A stretch of 64,000 nucleotides of DNA, from the NCBI RefSeq assembly GCF_030684315.1, contig NC_081370.1, positions 21,659,578-21,723,577 of the forward strand, written 5' to 3'. The translations under genes and the position numbers were made by a program. Source of the stretch: Stegostoma tigrinum (lineage: Eukaryota). This document shows positions 11,823 through 25,654 of the stretch, piece after piece (positions within the stretch are counted from its first letter, which is position 1; every line of letters begins with the position of its first letter). Below the pieces are notes generated by a model. That model ran no database searches. It was not told where the DNA came from and worked only from the letters and a program-made list of their open reading frames with translations.

Positions 11823-14800
11823 ACACCCGATATGGAAGATTAAGCAATGATGTCACTATTTACGACAGTAGAGTTGAGAGGATTGAAAGGATGAACTTTT
11901 CTTTTCTGGGAGGGTTTTAATCAATGGGATTTCCATTAAAATTATAGCCAGGCTATTCAGAGACCTTCCCTTCCCAAACTAGAACCTGTGAAAGTTTGGT
12001 GAATTGAGAACTTCAATACTGCACAATTTGTTTTGGATGGGATATCAAGGGATTACAGGACCCTGTTGCAAACAATTTGTGATCAAATAAATGGTGGAAT
12101 AGGCTCAGTCACATGAGTGGCCTAGTTTTGTTCCAATGTCATTGCAGAAATCCGTTGTGTACATCTTGAAAAAAGTAAGTTGGTTGAGGTGCAACATGCT
12201 GGACTACCTCTGATCCTGACACAGTGTTGGAAGCATTTGAAAAACAAATCATCTGTAAGAAAGTGTATTCACCATATTGAAGAATGATTACAATTGAGCA
12301 CAGTGAAATTAATGCCTTGCATTCTTTCATTTCACTTACCTGAATAACTTTAGGCTTCATTATTCTTTCTATGCCTTTGCAAACTGTATTTTCAACTACT
12401 TGCTTGCTAATTTTTATACTTGAAACATTAAATTTAGCAGCATCGATATGAACTCTGAGAAAACAAACATGCTTTACATCCTGCAGCCTTGGAAATCTTT
12501 AATGCAAATTCATAAATTACTTACTTCGATTACCAGGAGGGGTTGGCTTAAAGACATTCTCAGTGTTACATAAAGCATAATGGAATGCAATGTAAAAATA
12601 AGTGCTTTTATGGAGGACCTTACTCTAGCACTTGGTCCTGAATCATCATAGGAACATTCCCAATTAGATAAAATCTTCTACTTACTTGAGATTTTAATGA
12701 TTCCAATAGGAATTTGCACAGAACAATATAAAGATCCTTGTGGAAAATGCTTCATACATACATCAAAATAAACAGGTTCAAAGCCCATTTTCTTACATTA
12801 ATTGATAGTACTCTTCAGTATGCAAGGTCTAATCCAGTTGACTTTCCTACTGTTGTTCCCTGGTAGAAACCAAGGAGTGTTCACATTGACACTGGAATTT
12901 ATTTTTCTTTAAACAATAATACCAGGACATCTGTCAAAAAGGTCATGTTTGTAAAGTCTCCTCAACATCCTGGTTATGGGTAGTCTGTCCCATTATTGTC
13001 AAATTATCCATGGTGCAACATAGAACTAGCATCATTCACACTGTATGAACACACGTAAGTTGATGTCTGGTTAAACAGGCAGGAAAGGTACTTGCTCAAA
13101 TGAAAAATGACACAAAGCATTGTGGATAATCTAAAATTGACAAGGGTTCAAAGCATGATAAAGCACAATATTATTAATAACAGGGTCCCCGTACACAATT
13201 TGAATCTAGTTTGATCTAGATTATAATCTATTAGTTCATCAGAATAGGCTAAGATTTAATTTATTTAATAATTGTTGACTGGAAGGAGCTCCAGGACAAC
13301 TATTTCATCTTGGGGACATTAGAGAGCCATTTCACAATTTGTAATGTTCAACTGGCTCACAGCTGCCATGCCAGAAGGCCATGCTTCCTTTCAGTCACTC
13401 CAGATGAACACATTATTTAGTCTTGCACTATCAAAAAAAAACTTAGTTAATTTAAGCTCCTATTCTTAATGATGGTACTTGCACAGGAGATGTTAAAAGC
13501 TCCTGTATACTATACTATTTGGAAATATGACATCCATATTAAAGGATTAATGATTGTGATGCAATTAGTACAAAATTACTGAACAATAATCACCAATCAA
13601 AAAGCTCAATGTGCAAAAATTATTTGGGACTATTTGAGTACAATATTATTCTGAAAAGAAACTTCCCTCTTTTGTTTCATTCTTTGATGATAACAAAAAT
13701 ACATGATAAAAAATCTTTGAAGTGCTATAGGATTTCTCCTCCCCCATTTTCAAAAGCAGATTTCTTCAAAAGTGGAGTCCAAATATAGTAAACTGGGAAA
13801 AGAGTGTTCTTTGAACATAAATTTGAGAAACTCCCACTCTGTAAAAGCAGGGAAAAACCTGGAGGATGGGTTTTATTCACAATGCTCTGTACCATGGGTT
13901 GGCAATATGATGTTAGATCATGCATTCTCTTCAAAAATAACAGAAGATTTAAAGGAAGAAATGAGGGTACTAGGTAAAATGGAAAAGGGATTAAACAGAA
14001 AGGAACATATTAGCACATCATGAGTTTATCAATATGGAACTTGAACTGAGTAGGACATCATTTGGTTAAAAAGGGTTGGAGGTGTCCACAAACTGGATTT
14101 TAGGTCAACCCAGTTTTTGTTTAGAAAATATCAAAATTGAAAAGTGAAATGATTTATAATTTTCACATTTTGAATATAGAAACAGATGTAGAGACACATT
14201 TCAGACAACACTGTAGTCCTGCAATACTGTAACCATGAGCAAAGTAAGTCTAGGTGCTGAGTGTTGGAAAGTTATTCAACTGTGAAGGCCAGTACAGATA
14301 AGCTCAATTCCATCAACTGATATCATTAACTTTCTATTATTGTCATTATGTTACAAGCGGGAGCAAGAATTCAAAATGTCCTTTTGTTGTCCCTAGCCCA
14401 AAGATGCCAAGCCAATTGTAATATGTTGCAACTTCAACTTCACATGTAAATTTAACATCTGGAACCCTTCTTGGCCGCATTGCTCAGCACCTCATTAAGG
14501 AAAAAAAACAGTTTAAGCAATTTGATTATGATCTACATGTCTGAAGTAGAGAAGCATACATACTTAATTTAACTGCAGAATTCCAGTGTGCTAACACTAT
14601 TCACTAATATGTCCCAAATTGACTGAAGTGTGTGGAGACATATGTTACTATAAATACTTTGAACACTTAGACGTGTATTTCATAAAGGAACAATTTAATT
14701 CAAACAAACACTGTGAGTGTAATGAATAATGAGTGTAGATATCATTACATGAGTTATTTGCTTTTGCAGACCTTCACCACACCTGTTTGAAGTGAACTTC

Positions 14801-14892
14801 TATTAGATTTGTCCATAGTTGATAAAGTAGATGGCCATGTTTGTATATTCCTTTAGAGGAGTAGTTGGGAGAGTGGGTAACAATGTACTTAC

Positions 14893-14933
14893 TGTTTTTG
14901 AAGTTCGTCAATGCGATTTCTGGCTGTAGTAAT
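14893..14933 (-). CDS. TNNT3: TNNT3 mutually exclusive exon, beta-type (ITTARNRIDELQKH), 41 nt
   Basis: tttacag|ATT ACT...AAA CA|gtaagt; the RID..QKH pattern matches mammalian exon 17 (beta). Confidence 0.92.
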
Positions 14934-16086
14934 CTGTAAATAACATATGCTCATTAGTGCACTAAACTGAAGACTGACTCAGTTACCTGTGGTTGGATGT
15001 TTTGTCCACTTATCTGTCGAATGTTGTGTTCTCCCAGAAGAGCTCAAGGAAAGACAGCTGATGAACCTGCTGGATGAAATTTTGCAAATTGCACATTGTG
15101 CACGTCTAGACTAATACTTACAGTGTTGTTCCTCCTTCAATCCTGCAGGATGGCACACTATGAAAATGTAAGGACCCTGGACTGATGACAGCCTGCAGAC
15201 TGGGCTCAAGAACTGAACTGGACTGTTGTAGCTAGCCTGAAAGCTTTTTGAGGAGGCAGCAGGTTTAACTGGAGACCAATTAAATGTTCAGAAGATGTTG
15301 GACCTACAGGGCATAGTAAAGATAAAATCTGTGGAACTGATTTATGACTAATCAAATGATAAACTATCGACACCCTCTTATCTTTGGAGAAAATGTATTT
15401 TTGTTTAAACAAAGCTTTTCAAAAAAAAATCATTGATTGTGACCAATTGACCAAATAGTGAGTGGATGCAATTTAGGTAGATTTTGTGAAATGCATTTTC
15501 TGTGGCAATAATGGCAAAACAAAATACATATCCACTCACATACCCTGACAGTAATGACTCCTTAATATTTCGGAATCAAATAAATCAGTCTTTAACTGGT
15601 GTAAATGATTAAAAACACACAAATCTGTTTTTTGAGTGCATAACATGTATGAATAAGGGCCCAAATTGAAACAAAATCAGATTTATTCCTTCCATATAGA
15701 CTTGACTTTAAAAATAAGTTGGAAAATGCTGCATGAATTCCTTATTATAACAAGATAACTATAAGGTGTTTAATTCTTTGGCTAGTGGTAAACCAATGAC
15801 CTCAATCCAAAAGGTTCCTAGCACCAGATCTTACATTGTAAACTCAGTAATGTTCTAATACTGCTGAAGTAGAAAGCAAAGGAATTTTTGTTTTCTACAC
15901 TGGGAACTATGCTTCATTTAGATGAAGTTAAATATAAACAACTGTATTTTTTTTTCAGTGTTGTCACCTGCTACCGCCTCACTGCATGTTTGATGGTTCC
16001 TTGGCTTACCATGCAGCCACCCCATGCATGTTCCAGGCAGGACCCCTACAGCTGCAGAACTTAAAGGGGCTCTGTTTAGTACTTAC

Positions 16087-16127
16087 AACTTAGCCAGTAG
16101 CTCCATTCTCTTACGCAGTGTTGTAAT
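16087..16127 (-). CDS. TNNT3: TNNT3 mutually exclusive exon, alpha-type (ITTLRKRMELLAKF), 41 nt
   Basis: cttttag|ATT ACA...AAG TT|gtaagt; the LAKF end matches mammalian exon 16 (alpha). Confidence 0.9.
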
Positions 16128-18079
16128 CTAAAAGGAATTACAGCAATATGTATTTCAATGGAACACTAAAAACACGGATGTTGTCAGGAAGTAGCCTGCA
16201 CAATTTTCATTAAAGTACTTCCGAAAAAGAATTTGGTATAAAATAATATGGACAATTCTGTAAAATATTGCTCCCTCATAGAAATATTTACAGTTTTGTG
16301 TTTGTTAAGTATATATGATGGAACAAGTTGTTTCAATAATATTTTCATTTTCACTACATGAGCGGAAAAAGGATTAACTCTTGAAATATGATGCTAAATT
16401 GATAGGGCTAATTATTGAGAAGAAACACTTCTTTAAATTTATGACTGGCAGTTTATCTTTTCTCTTTGGCCACAATTACTATAAAAATCTTTAGCTCTAT
16501 CTAATGGACAAGTATCTCCATCTTTTTACTTCTTTCTTCAAAAGAGAACACAGCACCTCAACCATAATATGCAGATTATGGCATGCTATCAAGCGATTGT
16601 CCAAATAGAAAGGTTGCTTGTTTTAATTTGTACCATGGCAGTGGGAGATGGATAATTCTGAAGAATGAGACTGCAGTTGGGATTCTTCAATTGGCTTGTT
16701 ATCCTCCAGTACAATATAGGCTCTATATTGTCCATGAGTACTATACAGTCAGAGCTTCACCATTGAGCATTGCACTTAACAGGAGAGCAAGCCTTACTGT
16801 CGATGAGAGACAACCTCTTCCTTATTCTCCTTAAATGTAAAACAGAACTGTGAAACAGCTTTACAAAAGTATTTCATTTTAAAACACGCATGGCTTTCAT
16901 AAAGATACTACGAAAACATAGGAAACAAGAAAGGTGTGGTTCAAGATAATCTGGTAATCTACTGAAATGGAATACGTTCCACAATGTCAGAGATGGTAAG
17001 GTTGTCAAGGCAGTAGCTCAAGGAAAAGTGGTTGTGATATGAAAATAGATAATTAATTTGGAATTTGCTTGATTTCTTTTGCAGATGAAGGAGTGCGTGC
17101 ACAGAACATGAGACTAAATGGTTGTATTTATTCACTGGATATGGCTGTCACAGATTCGATGAGAAGCTGTACTATGGAAACAATAGGTTTGAGGGGCTGA
17201 AGTCTTTCCTCTATTAATTTTATTAATGTACCATATTGTCTTCCTGATCCGCTGAAGAACTCTCTCCTTCTAGTTACATCAAAACGTATGTTGAAAACTG
17301 GAAATATTGGAACATGCTATTGAAGGAGATAGAATCACATCCAAAGTTTAGAAAGTTGCAGAATTTGGAGTGGAAATTTCCCTTTTTCCTAAAATATGGG
17401 AATGCGTGTATTAGGTAGTGACTAATAATTCATACTTACCTCTGAGAACATTTGCTAAACAACCACCTCTCAGCTCACTAAGAACCAACGCACAGAATGT
17501 AACCGAGTTCCTCAGTGAATTACAGTCCTTGACACTGGCATCCTGGTCACCACAAGCTGCCGCCAGCAGCTTCAAGGACAAAGTTCCACTGAATGAAGCC
17601 TACTCATGGGATGGGAGTCATAGGAAAAGTTGAGTTAGAACCATAGGGATGGATTGACTTTCAGAGGCTAGATAGTTTGGGTTGGCCACATTCTAAAACA
17701 TGAGAATGTTCTGAAGGAGTTGAGTGAAGGAGGTTTAAGAGAGATGTGGACCAAGAAGACTAAAAAAAAGTGATGATACCCAAAAACTTGACAATGGAAG
17801 ACTCTTAGGATCAAATGAAAATAAGAAGCTGTGAGACATGTAAAAAAAAGATCAGAGGACCTGCACTGAGGCAAAGCAGTGAGAGTGACCATCTTCAACT
17901 AAGTTTTAAAATACAGCAATTAATTGATTGTAATGCATTGCATGAAAGCATTGCTATGGCCCATTAAAGATGTTTTACAGTTTATGTTTCTCATTTACTT
18001 TTTTTTGTAACTTTAGTAACTACTAGATCTAAAATGGAGAAGACGATAGCAAAAAGTTGAGTAATACAGTGACTAGGCA

Positions 18080-20010
18080 AAATACCATTGTTGGTAATAC
18101 TTTAAATATCCCTGAAAAAGTTTTTATAGCCCTTATGAAAATCAATATCCCGTATCAATTTTGTCAGTAACATCTTCAAATAATTCCAACAGGTTTGTCA
18201 AACATGATTTTCTATTCATAAGTCACTGTTGATTACGTCCAGATTATTTTTGTCTAAGTGTCCATTTTCTATATCTTCTTACAATTAGTATATTGATAAA
18301 ACATCTTCAGGTTGTAGTTAGTTTTACTTGCCAATATTTTTAATGCCCCTCTCTTTGCTTTGCTAATTTCCTTTTTGATTTCACTCCAGCACTTTCTGTA
18401 TTCTGTGACACATAGAGGCTTTAGATTTGGCTATGCTGCCCTTTTGCTTTATGGAGACATATTTACTCTGAACACACTTAATCTCCCTTTTGAATATCTC
18501 CAACTACTCTAACACCGACATAACTTCAAATAGCTGTTTCTAGACAATTTTTGCTAAATCATTCCTCAGCTTCCTTAAATAAGTCCTATTCCAACTGAAA
18601 TTTCTAACTGCTGTACCATCTATGTCCTTCTCCATAGTTACGCTAAAACTAACTGAATTACAATCACTACCACTAAAATGCCAGTTCTTCCACCTGCCAA
18701 GTTTTATTTCCTAAAGCAATGTCCAGAATTGCATTCTGTTTTGACGTTACATGCTGGCCAAAAGCATTATACTGAATGCAGTTCAAGAATTCTGCTTCCT
18801 TAATTTCTTTACACTAAAACTATTCCAGTTAATATTGGGATAGTTAAAATTTCTGACTATTACTTCCCCAATGACTTTGCATTATTGCTTATATAGTTGG
18901 TCATCTATCCCTCTGACTGTTTGGCGGTCTATTGTACATGCCCAGAAGTGTGGCAACTCCTTTTTAGTTTGTTAGCTCAATTCACATTGCCTCATTTGAC
19001 AGTCTCAAACATATCATACCTCTTGACATCTATATCAGTTTCTTTGACCAAAATTGCATACAAGCCTTATAGATTAAACTATCCATTTCACCTGAAATCT
19101 CCTCAGTCAGGAATGTTGAACTGCCATTCCAGTCCCACCTAAGGCTATGTTTCTGCAATAGAAATTAGGTTTTACGGCCACTGTTTCTATTTCTGCCATC
19201 AGCTCATATACTTTATTTGTTAATCATTTAGCAGAGTTCAGAGACATTGAGCACCATATCTCCTGATGATTATAAGTGAACATGAACAGCACTGGTACAA
19301 ATTAAGAGAGCTCTATTTTTTAAAAAAAGTTAAACTACAAATCAGTGGGTTGGAGTACATTTATTCGAAATAAAGTATGAATTTTCTCATTTCAGTTGCA
19401 TTGGAAATTGGATGATATGATATTTCTGGCATTTAACTGATCTAATAGTCTGAGAACAGAATTACAAGAGCTTCTATGTGAATACCATAGTTAGGTGATT
19501 TGAATCACTAAATTGTTATCATGCAAAAGGAAACTATTTGGTCCATCATATCGCTCGTTTTTTTCTTCAAATAAGCATCATTACTTATCACCAATTTCCT
19601 GTTTTCTCCCTATACCCTTGCGAATAAATCATTCAATACCCTCCTGAATGCCTCAATTGAATTTGCTTCCATCACAATTCCAGGCAACGCATTCCATAAC
19701 TTAAACTACCTGCAAGGTGAAAAAAATATCTTGCATTTGCTTCTTTTGCAAATCACTTTTAAATCTGTGCCCTCTCATTCTTGTTGCTTTTGTGAGTCAG
19801 AACAATTTCTCCCTATCTACTTATATCCAGCCACTCTGCATCAGATCTCCTCTTAGCCTTCCTCTCTCCAAAGAGAAATTCTTCAATACATTCACATAGC
19901 TGAAAATTTTCATCGTTGGGACTGTTCTTGAAAATCACTCTGCACTCTCTTAATGCATTCACATACTTTCTCTAAAGTGACAGTCAAAACTCTACACAAC
20001 ATTTCAGTTG
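18080..20010 (-). mobile_element. Highly degraded CR1 fragments
   Basis: Patches similar to the CR1 at 2221-4696 (ttgtcaaacatgattttc, cactaccactaaaatg, tttaaatctgtgccctct). Confidence 0.55.
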
Positions 20011-20235
20011 CAATTGCTTAATTAAGCTAAATTAATTAAATTAATTTGAGTGGTTTCATTACCACAAATATGCAGTGCACTGATTATTCAATTGTGAGAA
20101 GGAACTTTACGTAATTATTATTATTTAGTACCAACAAAGTATGTTGAAACTGGAAGGAACTTCATCTTTAATTGTCTGCTTGTTTGCTTTTAAACGTCTG
20201 TCTTTAATTAAATGATTCAAAGATTTGGTACATAC

Positions 20236-20326
20236 CTCATACTTCTGCTTCTTCAGTTTTTCACTCATATCAAATTTTTCAGATTCTAGTTGGCACAGCC
20301 AGTCATGTAGTTCCTTGGCCTTTTCC
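20236..20326 (-). CDS. TNNT3: TNNT3 exon (EKAKELHDWLCQLESEKFDMSEKLKKQKYE), 91 nt
   Basis: ttaccag|G GAA AAG...TAT GAG|gtatgt; TnI-binding coiled coil. Confidence 0.97.
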
Positions 20327-21589
20327 CTGGTAATTTAATAATTGGAGTATCAATCAAAATATCACAGAGAGATCAGTTCTGCCTCCAGGAGCAGTTGGTA
20401 ATAGCAAAGATAGAAGCAAGGGAAATCAGATGGGTCCCCACCACTTACTCCATTTACAAATGAAGGAGGAGCAGCGGCCTGGACCGGGCAGTCTAGTTCC
20501 CTGCAGTAGGGAAACAACAAAACTCAAGTTTGATGGTTTTTGGATTATCAGTAGGCATTACTGTCCAGTTATCCTATATTTTCATTTCCTACACCACATA
20601 ATCCTGGATGGTTTCACTAAGAAATACCTGTTCAAATGTTTCAAACAGTGCTCTATATGGGAAGGCAAACATTAATTCTGTTGTCAGAACAAAAAGAGTC
20701 AAAATTATATGCCTAGTAAGAACATTTGAAATGTGAAAAAGAATAGTTTGGTCATCAAATGTGCTTCTTGCAGTCCATGCAAAACTACCACAGACGTGAA
20801 TGCCTTTGCACCACCAAGTTCCTGACACCCCATCCCTGTTTCTCCCCATCATGACAAGATCTCTACGCACACTTTCCAATTTCATTATGCGCATGGCAGA
20901 TAACTCAGGTTAAATAGATAACTCTTTCAGAGGCCTACCATATTTATAATGAACAAAAAGGTGTCTTTCTCTGCTCTACACTTCTACAATAATTATCACA
21001 GTCTGTGTCTTGATTTGAAGATCATGTCTCCTCTCAAGGTCATGAGTTTTGGCTGTGGATGTTCATGTGATTGAAAGAGTGAATCCATTGTAGTAGGCCA
21101 ATACTAGGCTAATCATCGTGTCATGAGGCGTGGACTGCAGGATTTGTTTCTGTTTCTCTCTTTCTCTGCTACTGCTCTACATCATTATTAAGGAGACTGA
21201 ACTCAAAGCATGACGAAGCTTGATGGATATGTTGTAGACATCTTGGATAATTGGCAGCAATAATTAGACAAAACAGGACCCTCTGAAGGAGATGCCTTTC
21301 AGCCAGTTGGACAGACTGTCCGGGCTGCTGTAGACAGTTTTGCAGGAGTTTTGTCTGCATGCGTAGATCTGGTTCCAAGGAGAACATTAGCATCTATTTG
21401 ACAATCTTCCCATTGAATCCATAAGTTTTGTTCGTGGAATTTCTATGGGCATTATATGTGCCACAAATACATGGTTCAGACCTTGAGATGTATTGATACA
21501 AAGTGAATGTTCATCAACAATCACCTGTAAAAATTGGGTGATGCAGATATCACTCATTAATAACATTTGAACCACAGAAGTGCTGGGCA

Positions 21590-22325
21590 ATGACATTGCC
21601 AACAAGAGAGAATCTAACCATTAGCCCTTCACAATTCAAGTTATCATTATGGAATCCTTTACTATCAATATCCTGGGGGGTTACCACTGACTGGAAACTG
21701 AAATAGATTTGCTGTATAAATAGAATGGCTACAAGAACAGGTCAGGAGCTAGGAATCTTGCAGGGAGTAACTCAACTTCTGACTCCCCAAAGCCTGTTCA
21801 CCATCTGCAAAGCACTAGTTAGGAGCGTGGTGAAATACTTCCCCTTGACTGGACAAGTGCAGCTCCAAACAACACTCAAGAAAATCAACACCATCTATGA
21901 CAAAGCTGCCAGCTTGACTGGCACCACGTCCTTTGAATGTTCCCTCCCTCCACCACCATGATCAATAGCAGCGGTCTGTACCATCCACAAGGTGCACTGC
22001 AGAAATCCATCCAACCACCTGCAACAAACACTTCCTTCTAAACCCATGACCACTCCAATCCAGAAGGACAAGTGTAACTGATACATGGGAACATCATCAC
22101 ATTCAAGTTCCCCTCCAAGACACTCACCATCCTGACTTGGAAATATATCACCGTTCCTTCATTGTTGCTAGGTCAAAATCCTGGAATTCCCTCTGTAATG
22201 CCATTGTGGGTCTAACTACAGCAGTTCAAGATGGCAGCTCACCACCACCTTGTGAATGGAAAATAGCAATGGGCACTAAATGCTGGCCCCAGCCAGTGAA
22301 ACCGACATACCATGAATGAATAAAA
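21590..22325 (+). mobile_element. 3' part of a CR1/L2-clade LINE
   Basis: ORF 21725..21961 (LLTPQSLFTICKALVRSVVKY); ends in a catgaatgaataaa tail. Confidence 0.75.
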
Positions 22326-23834
22326 AACATTCAATGATGTAATCTGGGAGGTGCTAGTGCTTTGATCTCGGATTCGACCAGATGGTTTTGTAATTATCCT
22401 TCCCGCTGAAAAGGATGTTTCTCATATGGAGGCCACACTGAGCACATTTTGTCAGTGCAAGGAAGAGACTATTTACATCGGCTATTTCTATGCTGTTTGG
22501 CGTGATCGTTTCTCTTTTTATTTTATCAAGGATGGAATAGAACTTTTCCTTAACATCCTCACCTGAACATAATGGCTGACGATATTGTCATATTGACTAC
22601 AGCTGAGTTGTAGGTAAAGAGCTGTGAACCTTTCATTTACACAACTGTGGACTTCTAGTAGTGTGTCCAAGATCCTATTTGGATGGCAGAACCCACTCAA
22701 TGAACACGAGGGTCACTGCTAGTCTTTCCTTTCCAGTAAAAGGTGCATGTTCCTTGACCGGCCCTCTACAAGAAGGCATATCTCAAATAGGAGTCTTGAC
22801 AGCTCATGGGATACAACTGTAGTTCTTCCTAAGATTAACCAGGAGTTGCAAAATTCCAAGTTGCAAAATTAGCATTTTATTTATTTGACCATGAAGATAG
22901 TGATCTCATTGGTTATAATTCCCATTTTGATGAAACATTAGAGAGCCATTTTTTCTGGCCCTTTTCCTAGTCCCTTTCCATTTTGGGTGAGCAAAGGGTG
23001 CTCTGAAGAGGAAAACTAAGTCACAGACACTGCTGTGAAAGGCACCTCTGCCCCAACGGATGTGCACAATGACCTTCATATGTCTGATGCCCCCGTGCAG
23101 ATTCTTGATTGGTAACTCCCACGTTCAGAGTGACCTGAACTCCAATCTCCTGTTTCACAGGATTTTGTAAACAGATCCTGGTAAAGTCAGGCACTTGACT
23201 TTGTTAAACAGGGGGACATTAGGAGCCAGCATATTCCACATGATCTTGACAAGTTAATCATCAGGTCTCACTGCAATGTTGATCCAGGATGACGAGAACT
23301 CCCTTGCCAATGCAATATTCACTTATTTTTTCCGTGATGAGATGCCAAATCTTCCTTTGCCTTTTCTATGTTGAGAACTTACAGCACCACACTTCAACTG
23401 CCTCCACTTCTGACTCTAATGCCCTGAGGGGCATTGCCAGGAGCAAGCACCTTCTACTGGTATATGCTCAAGGATTCACTGGAGCACACAAACTTGTGCA
23501 CCACATCAAAGTGGCGAGCCATGAAGGACTATGATAGCACATGAAATTAAGGAAACTGACTAATATCATTTAGCCCACTGTCTTGTTTCTTAAAATGAGT
23601 TGAGCATATTTTCTTTTAAAGAATACCAACTGGTTCACAAGTAATTAATTATAGTACTGGAAAATGGAAAGAACCAATCTAGACAAAAGCTCAGTTGAAT
23701 GGAGATATTCCTTCTTAGCCCAACAAATTTTCACATAACATAATTAAGTTAATTCACAATATCATTGTAGCAAGTACAAAAGAAAGGGAAGCTTTCATTA
23801 AAAATTAAATAGAAACAAATTTGCAAATACTGAC

Positions 23835-23944
23835 CTAAGCTTGTCTTCATTAAGGTGATCAATGTTGAGTGGCTTGCGCCTTTCTGCAAGGATTTTCCTC
23901 TTCTTTTCCCTTTCAGTCTGTTTCTTCCCTCTCTTCTGATCAGC
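23835..23944 (-). CDS. TNNT3: TNNT3 exon ([37 protein letters not shown]), 110 nt
   Basis: aattag|GCT GAT CAG...CTT AG|gtcagt. Confidence 0.97.
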
Positions 23945-24462
23945 CTAATTAACAATTTAATTAAAGTGTAAGATAGTTTCACTTAAATTTCAAACATCAG
24001 GGATGCATGAGAGAGTTTGCAGATCTATTAATTTTTCAACCGGTTTATTCCAGCAATTTTACACCAGCTACCATATGGAATTGATTGGGATTTCCTGGTG
24101 CATGTTTTTGAGCGCATAAGTTATTTGTTTTAATTGTCAGAAAATACTTTACCAGGCATGTGGAATTTACTAATGAGTGTACAGTATACAAGAGGAATGT
24201 TAGATTTTAGGTTAGAAGTGCAGGTCAAACTTCTTGGACTTTGTTAAAGGTGGGTCCCTGAAGAAATACCTCTCTCCCTTTAGGCCACCTTAACTTAGAA
24301 ATGAAGCTTTATTGATCCAATATTCACTCTCCACCATCCTTTAACTGAGCTTTTATCGTGTGTAGTGCACCCAAAGTGGAGGCTCTGAACTAAACAGTCT
24401 CCATAGACAAAAAAGGGATACAAGGGTATACATTATAATGGATTCATTTGTTGGCATTTTAC

Positions 24463-24576
24463 CCTGGCAAGGTAGCTGCTGTATTGAGCACCCATGCTGC
24501 TCAGAGCCTTCTTCTTCTTGGCATCATCATCAGCCCTCCTCCTGGCATCCTCCTCTTCCTTTCTTGCTTTCTCCTC
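24463..24576 (-). CDS. TNNT3: TNNT3 exon ([38 protein letters not shown]), 114 nt
   Basis: Visible in ORF 24433..24651(-); caacag| ... |gtaaaa. Confidence 0.97.
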
Positions 24577-25060
24577 CTGTTGAACACATTGGACATTATA
24601 CATTTTGCTGAGCAAGAAGTAGAGCTCAGAACAGAATGTGAGGAATTTCAAATCTTTGAATTTAAAGAGGTAGACAAAAACTCATTTTTATTAATATCAG
24701 CAATGTCCCAAAGAGATTTGCATACAATCAGTACATCAGCATGCATTCTGACATGTGTGAGACTGCAGATGCAAAATGTTCCTCTGAGGCAAATGTCAGC
24801 TAACACCAAGGTGTCCCTGAAACGATAACCCACCATGTGTATTCGGCAGAGCAGAGGTAAGAATTAAAAGGCAGGAAACAAATTTACAACCCATTATCTC
24901 TTTATTGATCATAAACATGGTCTCCAGTGTTTCTCCTATTTGACAGCCATGAGTTGACCTCATGTTTTCTTAAGAATGTAAGAGTTAGTCCTTTATTACA
25001 TATAACATTAAGTTGATGTGAATCTAACCAGGTCAAAGCCAACAGTATAGATTGACTTAC

Positions 25061-25138
25061 CATCTGCCTGGCCTGACGCTCCTTTTCCTTCTCAGCACGA
25101 ATTCTTTGCTGTTCAGCTCTTTCTGCTCTGCGTTTTTC
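25061..25138 (-). CDS. TNNT3: TNNT3 exon (EKRRAERAEQQRIRAEKEKERQARQM), 78 nt
   Basis: caacag|GAA AAA CGC...CAG ATG|gtaagt. Confidence 0.97.
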
Positions 25139-25214
25139 CTGTTGGTTGGAGAAAAGTATAGAGAGGATTTGTATTTACAAAGTTCTGAGACAGCGCCTTC
25201 TCATTTCCTATACT

Positions 25215-25575
25215 TTTGTAGGGGAGCTGAGCCTATTAGCACTAGGCTACTAATCCAGAAACCTCAATAATGCTCTGGGGATTGAGGTTCAAATCCCAAC
25301 TTGGCAGATGGTGGATTTGAAATCACTAAAACAAAAATTCTGGAATTAAGAATTTAATGATGATCATGGCAATGTTGAAACTATATTTTCATGGTTGATT
25401 GTCAGAAAAATAACCCATCTTGTTCACTAATGCTCTTTAGGGAAGGAAGCTTACTTTGTTTTGCCTACTCCAATCTCTCAGAAATATGGTTGACTCTTAT
25501 GTGCCCTCTTGGCAATCAGGAATGACCAATAAATGCTGCCCTAGTCAATGACACCCACATCCTGTGAATGAATTG
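25215..25575 (+). mobile_element. Deu-domain SINE copy
   Basis: Colinear with 8975-9290; ggttcaaatccc B box; tail cccacatcctgtgaatgaa. Confidence 0.65.
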
Positions 25576-25654
25576 GCAAAAAAAAGTTCAGAAAGTGACA
25601 GTGCACTTTTCACCATGTCTCTGTGGCCAAAGTGCATCTTTACTGTTGCATCAT

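Noticed and set aside
12335-12360. Strong minus-strand donor (ttcag|gtaagt) as a third C-terminal alternative exon
   Set aside because: No acceptor with a pyrimidine tract at a suitable distance and no troponin-like peptide
21000-21580. Segment similar to 62340-62750, considered as a conserved element
   Set aside because: Most likely two decayed copies of an RTE-like LINE 3' end; too degraded to classify
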